The notes: generated by a model not told the origin, from the letters alone. A stretch of DNA of 64,000 nucleotides from Escherichia coli (GCF_024502345.1 NZ_JALDNN010000001.1), one strand, 5' to 3'; numbered from the stretch's first letter, positions 10,983 to 23,164 are shown. Translations and numbers: made by a program.

Positions 10983-11774
10983 TTACATCGCGTTCAGACG
11001 TTTTTGTGCCTGTTTAGCGCCATCAGTACCAGGGTATTTACTGATAACCTGCTGGTATACGGCTTTCGCTTTTGCGGTGTCACCTTTGTCCTGCATGATG
11101 ACGCCGACTTTAAACATCGCATCTGCAGCCTTTGGTGACTTCGGATAGTTTTTCACTACCGAAGCAAAATAGTACGCCGCATCATCTTTTTTACCCTTGT
11201 TGTAGTTTAACTGACCCAGCCAATAATTGGCGTTTGGCAGGTAAGTTGAATCAGGGTAATTTTTGATGAAATTCTGAAATGCCACCATTGCGTCATCCTG
11301 GCGGGATTTATCCTGCACCAGCGCAATAGCTGCATTGTAATCCGTGTTTGCATCACCGCTTTTCACCGGCGCGCCAGCATTCGCAGTACCAGCATCAGCT
11401 GTCGGCGTCGTTGATGCCGCCGCACCGCTTTGATCGACGCTGGTTGATTGCGCCGCTGCACCACCGCTGCTGAGGCTATCGATCTGCAACAGGATCTGCT
11501 TTTGCCGCTCCACGACCTGATTCAGTTGATACTGATTTTCCTGAATCTGACCACGCAGGGAATCAATATCGGATTGATTATCAGAGAGTTGTTGCTGGAG
11601 TTGGGTTAAAAGCTGGCTGTGAGCATTAGAAATACGCTCAAGTTGAGTGACGCGGTCTTCGACCGAGCCTGAGCCGACACTACTGATTGGTGCCTGAGCA
11701 AAAGCGGCCCAGGGGGCCGCTATACCAACCAGTAACGACAGACTCAATAGTTGATGTCTGAAGTTACTGCTCAT
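10983..11774 (-). CDS. cpoB: Cell division coordinator CpoB (TPR protein, Tol-Pal associated)
   Basis: 263 aa; signal peptide, coiled-coil region, TPR repeats; downstream of pal. Confidence 0.9.
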   Translation of the reverse strand: MSSNFRHQLLSLSLLVGIAAPWAAFAQAPISSVGSGSVEDRVTQLERISNAHSQLLTQLQQQLSDNQSDIDSLRGQIQENQYQLNQVVERQKQILLQIDSLSSGGAAAQSTSVDQSGAAASTTPTADAGTANAGAPVKSGDANTDYNAAIALVQDKSRQDDAMVAFQNFIKNYPDSTYLPNANYWLGQLNYNKGKKDDAAYYFASVVKNYPKSPKAADAMFKVGVIMQDKGDTAKAKAVYQQVISKYPGTDGAKQAQKRLNAM

Positions 11775-11783
11775 GCAATTCTC

Positions 11784-12329
<546 letters not shown>

Positions 12330-12339
12330 TTAATTATTA

Positions 12340-13632
12340 TCACAGATACGGCGACCAGGCAGGGAATTTGACCTGTCCATCAGTTGCCGGAAGACGCGCT
12401 TTGAAACGCCCATCTGTAGAAACCAAATTCAGCACGGCTCCCATCCCCTGAGAAGAGCTGTAGATTACCATAGTGCCGTTAGGTGCCAGACTTGGCGTTT
12501 CATCCAGGAACGTGGACGACAGAACTTGTACGCCTCCCGTTGCCAGATCTTGTTTGGCAATGTGCTGCTGCCCACCATTGGAGCTGACCATTACCATAAA
12601 TTTACCGTCGCTGCTGACATCCGCATCCTGGTTCTGCGAACCTTCCCAGGTAATACGTTGTGGCGCACCGCCGTTGATATTCACTTTATAAACCTGGGGA
12701 CGACCGGCCTGGTCAGAAGTAAATGCCAGGTTCTGGCTGTCCGGGAACCAGGTCGGTTCGGTATTGTTACTGCGACCATCAGTCACCTGGCGGATCTGAC
12801 CAGAAGCCAAATCCATTACGTACAGGTTCAGGCTACCGGTTTTCGACAAGGCGAATGCCAGTTTGCTGCCGTCTGGCGAGAATGCAGGTGCACCGTTGTG
12901 ACGCGGGAATGAAGCCACCTGGCGTACAGCGCCATTTGCCAGCGTTTGGATGACCAGCGCGGAACGACCGCTTTCGAAGGTCACATAAGCCAGTTTAGAA
13001 CCGTCTGGTGACCACGCCGGAGACATCAGCGGCTGTGGTGAACGGTGAACGACAAACTGGTTGTAACCGTCATAGTCAGATACGCGCAGTTCATACGGGA
13101 ACTGACCGCCGTTGGTCTGAACAACGTAGGCAATACGGGTACGGAACGCACCTTTAATGCCGGTCAGTTTTTCAAACACTTCATCACTGGCGGTATGACC
13201 AGCATAACGCAGCCACTGCTTGTTCACTTTGTACGAGTTCTGAGCAAGTACAGTACCCGGTGCGCCGCCAGTGTCAACAAGTTGATAAGCAACATTGTAA
13301 GAACCATCCGGATTCGGAGTGACCTGACCGACAACTACAGCGTCAATGCCCAGTGCGGACCATGCAGCTGGTTGTACTTCCTGCGCACTACCCGGCTGCT
13401 GTGGCAGACGAGCGCGATCTAACGGATTAAATTTACCGCTGTTACGCAAGTCAGCAGCAACGATGCCGCCAATATCTTCAGGTGCTGCACCAGGACCCGC
13501 CCACTGGAAAGGAACAACGCCAATAGGACGACCGGAATCTACACCGCTGTCGATCACAATGCGGACTTCAGCATGCAGAACTGATGCCCACAGTATGAGA
13601 AAACCAAATGCTACTCGTAATGCCTGCTTCAT
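12340..13632 (-). CDS. tolB: Tol-Pal system periplasmic beta-propeller protein TolB
   Basis: 430 aa; signal peptide plus WD40-like repeats. Confidence 0.92.
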   Translation of the reverse strand: MKQALRVAFGFLILWASVLHAEVRIVIDSGVDSGRPIGVVPFQWAGPGAAPEDIGGIVAADLRNSGKFNPLDRARLPQQPGSAQEVQPAAWSALGIDAVVVGQVTPNPDGSYNVAYQLVDTGGAPGTVLAQNSYKVNKQWLRYAGHTASDEVFEKLTGIKGAFRTRIAYVVQTNGGQFPYELRVSDYDGYNQFVVHRSPQPLMSPAWSPDGSKLAYVTFESGRSALVIQTLANGAVRQVASFPRHNGAPAFSPDGSKLAFALSKTGSLNLYVMDLASGQIRQVTDGRSNNTEPTWFPDSQNLAFTSDQAGRPQVYKVNINGGAPQRITWEGSQNQDADVSSDGKFMVMVSSNGGQQHIAKQDLATGGVQVLSSTFLDETPSLAPNGTMVIYSSSQGMGAVLNLVSTDGRFKARLPATDGQVKFPAWSPYL

Positions 13633-13764
13633 CATATCTCCCTTATCTGGACCGATGGCCCACGATAATTTAGCAGAATGTTAACAAACTAAAATACACA
13701 AAACTACCAGAACCCTGTGGCAACCGGTGCCTGATGTTGACCGTCGGAACAGTCACCATCACGA

Positions 13765-15030
13765 TTACGGTTTGAAGTCCAATGGCGCGTTTTTGAACAC
13801 TTCATATACTGCCTGGCTTGGTGGTTTCGGGATCTTCGCAAGTTTAGCTGCTGCCAACGCAGCCTGACAAAGTGCGGGATCGCCACCTTCAGGTTTGATA
13901 TCCAGTAACATACCATCGGGTGCCAGTTTTATGCGCAGCGTACAGGTTTTGCCTGCATAGGACGATGCGTCATAGAACTTACTTTCGATAGCAGATTTAA
14001 TCTGTCCGGCATAGTTATTGATATCGGCCCCTGATGCGCCATTGTTTTTAGTATTACCACTCCCGGCAGGCGAAGCATTGTTCCCTTTCGCCCCTCCCCC
14101 CGTTTTCGGTGCATTCTTACCAGAGCTTAGCTCACCGAAAATATCATCTGCCTCTGCGGCCGCTTTTGCTGCAGCGGCTTTTTCAGCTGCAGCTTTTGCC
14201 GCTGCCGCTTTTTTGTCTGCGGCGGCTTTTTCTGCCGCTGCTTTCTTATCAGCTGCTGCCTTTTCAGCAGCCGCTTTTTCTGCTGCTTTTTTGTCGGCTG
14301 CAGCTTTCTCTGCTGCCGCTTTCTTATCAGCTGCAGCCTTTTCAGCAGCCGCTTTCTTCTCAGCTTCTGCTTTGGCTTTTTCAGCAGCTTCAGTTGCCGC
14401 TTTCTTTCTTGCTTCAGCTGCAGCTGCTTCTGCCGCTTCCGCTTTCTTCTTCAGTGCCGCAGCGGCTGCCTCGGCTTTTTTCTGCGCTTCGGCTGCGGCT
14501 TTGGCGGCTTCTGCTTCTGCTTTTTTCTTTGCGTCTGCAGCCGCTTTCTTCGCTGCTTCTTCCGCAGCTTTAGCATCTGCTTCGGCCTTCGCTTTAGCAT
14601 CTGCCGCCGCTTTCGCTGCCGCCTCTTCAGCTTGCTTCTGCTTTAACTCGGCCTGTTTTGCGGCTTCTTCAGCCTGCTTTTTCTGCTCCTGAGCCGCTAA
14701 CCGCTCTTTCTCAAGTTGCTTCAGGCGTTCCTGTTCAGCCGCTTGTTTCTCACGCAGTTCTTCAGCAGCCTGCTGTTCCTTCATCTTGCGCTGTTCATCA
14801 GAACGCTTCGCGCTTGATTCCTGGCTTTGCATGCGTTTGTACTGCTCAACTACCGCACCTGAATCAACCATGACAGCGTCGATGGACGAACCACCGCCGC
14901 CTCCGGCTGAAGCTTCTATATTCTCATCGAACGAACTCCAGATCAGCGCCGCAAATAAGATGACATGCAGCACTGCTGAAATAATTATCGCCCGCTTGAG
15001 CTTGTCGTTTTGTTCGGTTGCCTTTGACAC
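13765..15030 (-). CDS. tolA: Tol-Pal system protein TolA
   Basis: 421 aa; N-terminal TM anchor, long Ala/Lys/Glu-rich helical domain II, C-terminal domain. Confidence 0.92.
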   Translation of the reverse strand: MSKATEQNDKLKRAIIISAVLHVILFAALIWSSFDENIEASAGGGGGSSIDAVMVDSGAVVEQYKRMQSQESSAKRSDEQRKMKEQQAAEELREKQAAEQERLKQLEKERLAAQEQKKQAEEAAKQAELKQKQAEEAAAKAAADAKAKAEADAKAAEEAAKKAAADAKKKAEAEAAKAAAEAQKKAEAAAAALKKKAEAAEAAAAEARKKAATEAAEKAKAEAEKKAAAEKAAADKKAAAEKAAADKKAAEKAAAEKAAADKKAAAEKAAADKKAAAAKAAAEKAAAAKAAAEADDIFGELSSGKNAPKTGGGAKGNNASPAGSGNTKNNGASGADINNYAGQIKSAIESKFYDASSYAGKTCTLRIKLAPDGMLLDIKPEGGDPALCQAALAAAKLAKIPKPPSQAVYEVFKNAPLDFKP

Positions 15031-15094
15031 TCTCGGTTTCCAAAAACTGTTCGCCTGTTACCCGCTCTCTTTCAAGCAAGGGAAACGCAGATGT

Positions 15095-15523
15095 TTAGAT
15101 AGGCTGCGTCATTAAACCAACCGATTTCACACCCGCACTATGTAACAAGTTCAGTGCTTTAATTATTTCATCGTAAGGCACATCTTTTGCGCCACCGATC
15201 AGAAAGACCGTTTTCGGGTTGGCCTTGAAACGGCTGGACACTTCCGCCACCACCTGCTCTGGTGGTAAACGCTCCAGGCGATCTTTCTCAACCACCACGG
15301 TGTACTGACCAATACCAGACACTTCAACAATCACTGGCGGATTATCGTTACTGCTCACCGCCTGTGATTCAGTAGCGTCTGGCAGATCGACCTCCACGCT
15401 CTGGGTGATGATGGGCGCTGTCGCCATAAAGATCAGCAACAGCACCAGCAGTACGTCCAGCAACGGTACAATGTTGATTTCGGACTTGAGATCGCGACGA
15501 CCTCGTCCACGCGCTCTGGCCAT
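15095..15523 (-). CDS. tolR: Tol-Pal system protein TolR
   Basis: 142 aa ExbD/TolR family. Confidence 0.92.
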   Translation of the reverse strand: MARARGRGRRDLKSEINIVPLLDVLLVLLLIFMATAPIITQSVEVDLPDATESQAVSSNDNPPVIVEVSGIGQYTVVVEKDRLERLPPEQVVAEVSSRFKANPKTVFLIGGAKDVPYDEIIKALNLLHSAGVKSVGLMTQPI

Positions 15524-15526
15524 GGC

Positions 15527-16620
<1,094 letters not shown>

Positions 16621-16769
16621 TTTACATCCCGGTAATGCAACAAAAGTTAGAGCTTTTAAACGCTGCTACTATACGCGCGCGATTGAGGTTTGGGAATGAG
16701 GGCAAGTTAAGGGAGCGTAAAAATTTATGGGCCTGGAGCGGCCCATAATTTTTTAAAGAGAATTCTGAT

Positions 16770-17063
16770 TTAAAAGAAGAAGAAAATCAGCCCGACAATG
16801 AGAACAATATCGGCAAGCAATGGGCAAAAAATCCCTTGCCAAAGAACCTTCTGCGGACGAAAGCCCACGCCGTGAATCACACCAGCACAGACGGCCCACA
16901 TCAGCAATAAACCATGCCAGATTTCCAGTTCACTGGTCTTCGCGGCAAAACGAGATGGGTCCCAAAACATACATCCTGCTAACAGAAGCGCCATCACGAA
17001 GGAAAGCGCCCGCAGGGGGCGCTTGTCCATTACCGCATACAAAGTCGCGATAATCTTACTCAT
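16770..17063 (-). CDS. ybgE: Small inner-membrane protein of the cyd operon
   Basis: 97 aa hydrophobic protein immediately downstream of cydX. Confidence 0.85.
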   Translation of the reverse strand: MSKIIATLYAVMDKRPLRALSFVMALLLAGCMFWDPSRFAAKTSELEIWHGLLLMWAVCAGVIHGVGFRPQKVLWQGIFCPLLADIVLIVGLIFFFF

Positions 17064-17176
17064 CAGATGTCTTCTTGACCGGCTTTGCCTGATTCGACGT
17101 GTTCAAGCGCCAGCGCGGTGATTACCCCAAACGAACAGGCAAGAAGCGTTCCCAGAATCCATGCGAAATACCACAT
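17063..17176 (-). CDS. cydX: Cytochrome bd-I oxidase accessory subunit CydX (37 aa)
   Basis: Manual translation of minus strand gives MWYFAWILGTLLACSFGVITALALEHVESGKAGQEDI; its stop overlaps the ybgE start; too short to appear in the ORF track. Confidence 0.85.
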   Translation of the reverse strand: MWYFAWILGTLLACSFGVITALALEHVESGKAGQEDI

Positions 17177-17190
17177 TTTTAGCTCCTTAC

Positions 17191-18330
17191 TTAGTACAGA
17201 GAGTGGGTGTTACGTTCAATATCTTCTTTGGTGATACGACCGAACATTTTCCAGTAACACCAGGCGGTGTAGAGCAGAATGATCGGTACCAGAACCACCG
17301 CAACCCAGGTCATGACGTTAAGCGTCAGCTGGCTGGAAGTTGCATCCCACATTGTCAGACTTGCGTTCATCATGGTGCTGGACGGCATCACAAACGGGAA
17401 CATTGCGATACCGGCTGTCAGGATGATGCAGGCCAGCGCCAGGGAGGAGAACACAAACGCCCACGCGGCTTTATCCATACGTGCAGTCAGGATGGTCAGC
17501 AGCGGCAGAACCACACCCAGTGCCGGAATAGCCCACAGAATTGGCGTGTTGTTGAAGTTAACCAGCCATGCGCCAGCTTCACGAACCACTTCTTTATTCA
17601 GTGGGTTAGAGGCTGCGTAATGGTCCATTGTCGATTTCACGACATAACCATCGATACCGTACATCACCCATACGCCAGCCAGTGCGAAACAGACCAGTGT
17701 CACCAGCGCAGCCACCTGAGCCGTTGCACGGGTACGCAGGTGCAGTTCGCCCACGGTACGCATTTGCAGATAGGTTGCGCCCTGAGTAATGATCATCCCT
17801 ACGCTCACCACGCCTGCCAGCAGGCCGAACGGGTTAAGCAACTGGAAGAAGTTACCGGTGTAGTACAGACGCAGATATTCATCAACGTTGAACGGTACGC
17901 CCTGCAACAGGTTACCGAACGCTACACCAATTACCAGCGGCGGAACGAAGCTACCAATGAAGATGCCCCAGTCCCACATGTTACGCCAGCGGGTTTCTTC
18001 AATCTTGGAGCGGTAGTCAAAACCGACCGGACGGAAGAACAAAGACGCCAGCACGAGGATCATCGCCACATAGAAGCCGGAGAACGCAGCGGCATAGACC
18101 ATCGGCCAGGCAGCAAAGAGTGCGCCGCCCGCGGTGATCAGCCAAACCTGGTTACCGTCCCAGTGTGGTGCAATGGAGTTAATCATAATTCGACGCTCGG
18201 TGTCGTTACGACCGAGGAAACGGGTGAGCATGCCCACCCCCATGTCGAAACCGTCAGTGACTGCAAAACCAATCAGCAGAACGCCAACCAGCAGCCACCA
18301 GATAAAACGCAATACTTCATAATCGATCAT
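17191..18330 (-). CDS. cydB: Cytochrome bd-I ubiquinol oxidase subunit II
   Basis: 379 aa polytopic membrane protein. Confidence 0.93.
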   Translation of the reverse strand: MIDYEVLRFIWWLLVGVLLIGFAVTDGFDMGVGMLTRFLGRNDTERRIMINSIAPHWDGNQVWLITAGGALFAAWPMVYAAAFSGFYVAMILVLASLFFRPVGFDYRSKIEETRWRNMWDWGIFIGSFVPPLVIGVAFGNLLQGVPFNVDEYLRLYYTGNFFQLLNPFGLLAGVVSVGMIITQGATYLQMRTVGELHLRTRATAQVAALVTLVCFALAGVWVMYGIDGYVVKSTMDHYAASNPLNKEVVREAGAWLVNFNNTPILWAIPALGVVLPLLTILTARMDKAAWAFVFSSLALACIILTAGIAMFPFVMPSSTMMNASLTMWDATSSQLTLNVMTWVAVVLVPIILLYTAWCYWKMFGRITKEDIERNTHSLY

Positions 18331-18345
18331 TTGACGACTCCTGTC

Positions 18346-19914
18346 TTAGCGTGCCGGCTGAGTAGTCGTGGAAGACTGCTCAAAGTGATAGCGACCGGTT
18401 TTCAGGCTGCTTGGGCCGAGGCGTGCAAACTTGAACATTAAGAACAATTCTGCCACCAGGAACAGGGTATACAGGCCGCAAATCAGCACCATTGAGAAGA
18501 TGAGATCGCCTGCGGTCAGTGACGAGTTCGCCACAGCTGTCGGCAGCACTTCACCGATAGCCCACGGTTGGCGGCCATATTCAGCCACGAACCAGCCCGC
18601 TTCTACAGCAATCCACGGCAGCGGAATACCGTACAGCGCGGCGCGCAGCAGCCATTTTTTCTCGCCAATGCGGTTGCGGATGACACTCCAGAAAGAGAGC
18701 GCGATGATTGCCAGCAGCAGGAAGCCACACGCCACCATGATACGGAACGCGAAGTACAGCGGCGCTACACGCGGAATGGAGTCTTTGGTTGCCTGTTGAA
18801 TCTGCGCTTCAGTCGCATCAGCCACGTTTGGCGTATAGCGTTTCAGCAGCAGACCGTAACCGAGGTCTTTCTTCATGCTATTGAACTGGTCACGAACTGC
18901 CTGGTCGGTAGAACCAGAACGCAGTTGCTCGAGCAGAGAGTACGCCTTCATCCCGTTACGAATGCGTTCTTCATGCTGCACCATCAGTTCTTTCAGGCCG
19001 ATAACTGGAGTATCCACGGAACGCGTTGCAATGATGCCCAGCGCGTAAGGGATCTGGATCGCAAATTTGTTCGTCTCCTCTTCCTGATCAGGAATGCCGA
19101 ACAGAGTAAAGGCAGCAGGCGCAGGTTGCGTTTCCCACTCGGCTTCAATAGCAGCCAGTTTGGTTTTCTGCACGTCGCCCATTTCGTAACCAGATTCATC
19201 ACCCAGAACAATAACAGACAGAACGGCAGCCATACCGAAGCTGGCAGCGATAGCAAAGGAGCGTTTAGCGAAGGCGAAGTCACGACCTTTCAGCATATAC
19301 CATGCGCTGATACCGAGGATGAACATCGCGCCAGTCACATAACCAGACGCTACAGTGTGAACGAATTTCACCTGAGCAACCGGGTTAAGCACCAGCTCGG
19401 AGAAGCTCACCATCTCCATACGCATAGTTTCAAAGTTGAAATCGGACGCGATTGGGTTTTGCATCCAGCCGTTCGCAACCAGAATCCACAGTGCGGACAG
19501 GTTTGAACCGAGCGCCACCAGCCAGGTGACACACATATGCTGAACTTTACCCAGACGATCCCAACCGAAGAAGAACAGACCTACAAAGGTGGATTCGAGG
19601 AAGAAGGCCATCAGACCTTCGATTGCCAGCGGCGCACCGAAGATATCCCCTACATAGTGGGAATAGTAAGACCAGTTAGTCCCGAACTGGAACTCCATGG
19701 TCAGACCGGTAGCCACACCCAGAGCGAAGTTGATACCAAACAACTTGCCCCAGAACTTGGTCATATCTTTATAAATCTGTTTGCCGGAAAGGACGTAGAC
19801 CGTTTCCATAATGGCCAGCAGGAACGCCATACCGAGCGTCAGTGGCACAAAAAGGAAGTGGTACATCGCGGTCAAGGCAAACTGTAAGCGCGACAGTTCG
19901 ACTATATCTAACAT
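18346..19914 (-). CDS. cydA: Cytochrome bd-I ubiquinol oxidase subunit I
   Basis: 522 aa from [12 protein letters not shown]; ORF-track start is one codon upstream. Confidence 0.93.
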
Positions 19915-20251
19915 CATGACTCCTTGCTCATCGCATGAAGACTCCGAGAGTGAACCCCGTTAGAAAGGGTCACACGCATGCCCCAATACAAAATTATTTG
20001 CTCGCCTCTATCGTTGCCATTTCATCAAAAGAGGAAAAGACAATGATAAAAAAGTTACAAATATGTTAATGAATAAACCAAATTGATCCCGTAATTATAT
20101 TACGCCGCAAAATCCTTACAATAAACAGGTTTTTATTGAGCAAATTTGCATTTTTCGACAGTGATCAATTTATAGCGAAATTGTCACGATCTCACCAATT
20201 TGATCTACGACAATTTATCGTGTTTTGCAGATTTTTTTCAAGAATTAAAAA

Positions 20252-20265
20252 TTGATTTATATCAA
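20252..20265. promoter_or_regulatory. FNR-type palindrome in the long AT-rich cydA upstream region
   Basis: Perfect TTGAT-N4-ATCAA (ttgatttatatcaa) about 340 bp upstream of the cydA start codon. Confidence 0.5.
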
Positions 20266-20719
20266 AACCAACCAAATATGTTAATTATGTATAAACCATA
20301 GATCATTGGTGATTTTATTGTTAATTTATTGTGAAATATTTATGCAACACAATTATTACAATGAAAAGGTATAGATAAAAAACCAGTGTTTTATTTAACA
20401 GAACCGCCCAATCAACTTTTTATAATACCAATTGATTAGAGTAGCCAATTTGTTGCTATTTTACATAACATATTTTTATCAAAGTTAATTGATTGTTGCC
20501 TTTATGAGCACCGACCGTAAGCCCGTTATGTTATTGTTTCATTAGTAATAATCACTTAAATGTATCGATGAAACAGGTATGACTTACCGGGAGTGATTGT
20601 TTCTGAGTGAACAGAGGCCACTTTCGCCTGATAAATGAAAAATGAGCGATTTTTGCAAGTTAGTTTTTCTATAGCCGAGTACGCTCAGCGCCTCGCTTGA
20701 TTACAATGAGGTTGCTGCT

Positions 20720-21664
20720 ATGAGTCCTGATAATATCGGTTCGGCTGTCAATCGCTTCTCAGGTTGGCCATCTAATGATCCTCTAAAAACAGATGAAGAA
20801 TCAATGAAATCACCCGTGACTGTGCAAGTAATAAAGATGATTGCCGCCATCCTTGACCCACATCGGATAGTCGTTGGAATTGATACACTTTATACAACGC
20901 AGCGCGAAACATTTACCTCAGAGAGTCAACAGCTCATTGAATCAGCATTGCAAACACTTCATGTGATGAATTTAAATAATCTGGAAACAAATCGCGATGA
21001 AGAAGGTCACTATCTGGCTTTTGAATATAACGTTGACACCTCTGACAGAATAACCGTTTCTGCTTATAATGAAAAAAAGCCTGGCTGCTATGGCCAATGT
21101 CTTTTAATACAGGATGACGAAACAGACTTATTTAACCTGATAAAAATTAAAATTTTCGAAGCCAGGCATAATTATGTCGCTCAATTGATGAGCGATCCGG
21201 AATTTATGTTCAAATTCAGTTATAGCGCTCAACAAAATAGATTAGAACCTCATCTTCTGGTTCCCGCTTATTTCCCTCTAAAAACAAACGAACCGGTTAC
21301 GCAAGAGGATGTACTGTTACTTTATCGTTTCTTTAAAATGAATGATGATTTTAATAAATTAACATCAGAGGAATACATGAGTATCATGACTCCTCTGATG
21401 AAGTGTGAGCGTAGCGTCCACGACAACAACAGGTATGTGACGGGCAAAGATACCCATCTTCTGGACTATCCTCCTTCTGGTAACCAGATACATTTCCATA
21501 TTTTTCCTGACGAATCAGCAACACTAGTCCTTTATTTTTCAAACAATGACCTTGAATGTTTCGTCTTTGAAAGAGATATTCCTAGCCAGTATCGCTTTTT
21601 CAAAATGTTTACCAATCTGGCACTGGTTATAGATCAGTTAACCGAAGCCAATAAAATACTTTAA
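20720..21664 (+). CDS. Hypothetical protein, 314 aa, low-GC, no recognisable domain
   Basis: Long ORF with GAGG RBS 9 nt upstream; GC visibly lower than flanking core genes; polar Ser/Thr/Asn-rich N-terminus; absent from the K-12 arrangement. Confidence 0.6.
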   Translation: MSPDNIGSAVNRFSGWPSNDPLKTDEESMKSPVTVQVIKMIAAILDPHRIVVGIDTLYTTQRETFTSESQQLIESALQTLHVMNLNNLETNRDEEGHYLAFEYNVDTSDRITVSAYNEKKPGCYGQCLLIQDDETDLFNLIKIKIFEARHNYVAQLMSDPEFMFKFSYSAQQNRLEPHLLVPAYFPLKTNEPVTQEDVLLLYRFFKMNDDFNKLTSEEYMSIMTPLMKCERSVHDNNRYVTGKDTHLLDYPPSGNQIHFHIFPDESATLVLYFSNNDLECFVFERDIPSQYRFFKMFTNLALVIDQLTEANKIL

Positions 21665-21744
21665 TTTTCTATATATCCCTATGGCAAATATTGCTAAACA
21701 ATGCCTGGGGATTAATTTTTATTACTCACGGAAAGATTTAAATA

Positions 21745-22167
21745 ATGATACCATCTCAGATCTCTTTCAATACCCTTCCAGTCAATGCAACATACGCTTC
21801 AGAGACAACAGTTGACACACAAAAATTCTCTGACATCCTCTACTCAGCGGGGTGTTCCCTAAAGGATATGGCTTATCTGAGCAGATGTCTGGCATCAATA
21901 CACCCGACTCTCGCCAAAAACATTTATGAAACAGAAAATCTCAGCGATCAAAAATTACTGCATATTGATTGCCGTAGTACAAATGACATCAAGATAAATA
22001 TCTTTTTTGGTCAGCAACGAGAAGGATTAATTGAAATTAGTTCTGACACAGTTATTTTTTCGATACTGTCTTCATTGATTGACTCCGCCATTTCTAAATT
22101 TCAACATCAAAACCCCGTTAACGGTTCAGTTAATCCTGAACTATTGTATAAGGATTATACTGATTAA
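21745..22167 (+). CDS. Hypothetical protein, 140 aa, low-GC
   Basis: ORF 80 bp downstream of the 314 aa ORF, same strand and same composition; Ser/Thr/Ile-rich N-terminus. Confidence 0.5.
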   Translation: MIPSQISFNTLPVNATYASETTVDTQKFSDILYSAGCSLKDMAYLSRCLASIHPTLAKNIYETENLSDQKLLHIDCRSTNDIKINIFFGQQREGLIEISSDTVIFSILSSLIDSAISKFQHQNPVNGSVNPELLYKDYTD

Positions 22168-22714
22168 ACCCACCCAGTCGCGAAAAATGGCCTGCGTTAT
22201 TGCCAGACGTAATAAAACCGTTGATTAACGTTACTCATACTGGTAGCACCTTCATGTACCTCTCTTTTTTACGAAAAATCAAAAGAGCTAACTAAGGTCA
22301 TAATTCGCATGAATCATTAACCATTTGTTATTTTCAACATTATTTTTACATTAAGCAGAAATGAATTGCAGTGAAATTCGACTTAAATCTTATGAAATGC
22401 ATTTACTCATGGCTAAAACCACGTCACAAAAATGCAAATTAGAAGTAGATCACAATTATCTCAATACATTAAATCAAGTTAATTTTAAAAATTTAACATT
22501 CATGTCATTAGTTGACATAACACACTGAATTAACATGGAAATTTAAAAACACACTTTAAACAATCATTTCCCGAAAGACATTTTGAAAATAGATCAATTG
22601 CAACATTACGGTCAGATAAAGACACTCCTGTGATATTAAACCTGTGCCGTTATGAACGGCCATAAATACGACGTGTGTAACTTATTTTACTCTCTGTCTT
22701 ACAAAGGATTACCC

Positions 22715-23164
22715 ATGAAGAAAGCAACACTTGTGATTGGCGTTATTGGCGCGGACTGCCATGCAGTAGGCAATAAAGTTCTGGACCGCGTTTTTAGCAA
22801 CCACGACTTCAGAGTCATTAATCTGGGCGTAATGGTCAGCCAGGACGAATATATTGATGCTGCCATCGAAACTGGCGCTGACGCGATTATCGTCTCCTCT
22901 ATCTATGGGCATGGCGATATCGACTGTCTGGGCATGCGCGAACGCTGCATCGAGCGTGGACTGGGTGACATCCTCCTCTATGTGGGCGGTAACCTGGTGG
23001 TCGGAAAACATGACTTCGCTGACGTGGAAACCAAGTTCAAAGAGATGGGATTTGATCGCGTCTTTGCCCCAAGTCATGACTTAGAAGATGTTTGTCAGCT
23101 GATGGCCCACGATATCAATCAACGTCATGACGTTGATACTCGTATTCTTGAAGAGGCTATCTGA
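22715..23164 (+). CDS. glmS: Glutamate mutase (methylaspartate mutase) S subunit, B12-binding
   Basis: 149 aa from [22 protein letters not shown] (cobalamin-binding DxHxxG-type motif); RBS aagga upstream; ORF-track start at 22652 is an extension. Confidence 0.85.
   Translation: MKKATLVIGVIGADCHAVGNKVLDRVFSNHDFRVINLGVMVSQDEYIDAAIETGADAIIVSSIYGHGDIDCLGMRERCIERGLGDILLYVGGNLVVGKHDFADVETKFKEMGFDRVFAPSHDLEDVCQLMAHDINQRHDVDTRILEEAI

Noticed and set aside
14018-14692. 224 aa Ala/Phe/Ser-rich ORF and the overlapping 154 aa Leu/Pro/Gln-rich ORF
   Set aside because: Reverse-strand readings of the repetitive tolA domain II codons
17161-18441. 426 aa ORF on the plus strand
   Set aside because: Antisense to cydB; implausible His/Gln/Arg-rich product
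18568-19506. 312 aa ORF on the plus strand
   Set aside because: Antisense to cydA
20720-21664. Assignment of the 314 aa protein to a specific type III effector family
   Set aside because: Only compositional and N-terminal-character hints; I cannot confirm any family-level similarity from memory, so it is left as hypothetical
22168-22714. Possible cobalamin riboswitch upstream of B12-dependent glutamate mutase
   Set aside because: No B12-box-like conserved core visible; riboswitches usually control B12 uptake or biosynthesis rather than B12-dependent enzymes; would need a covariance-model search
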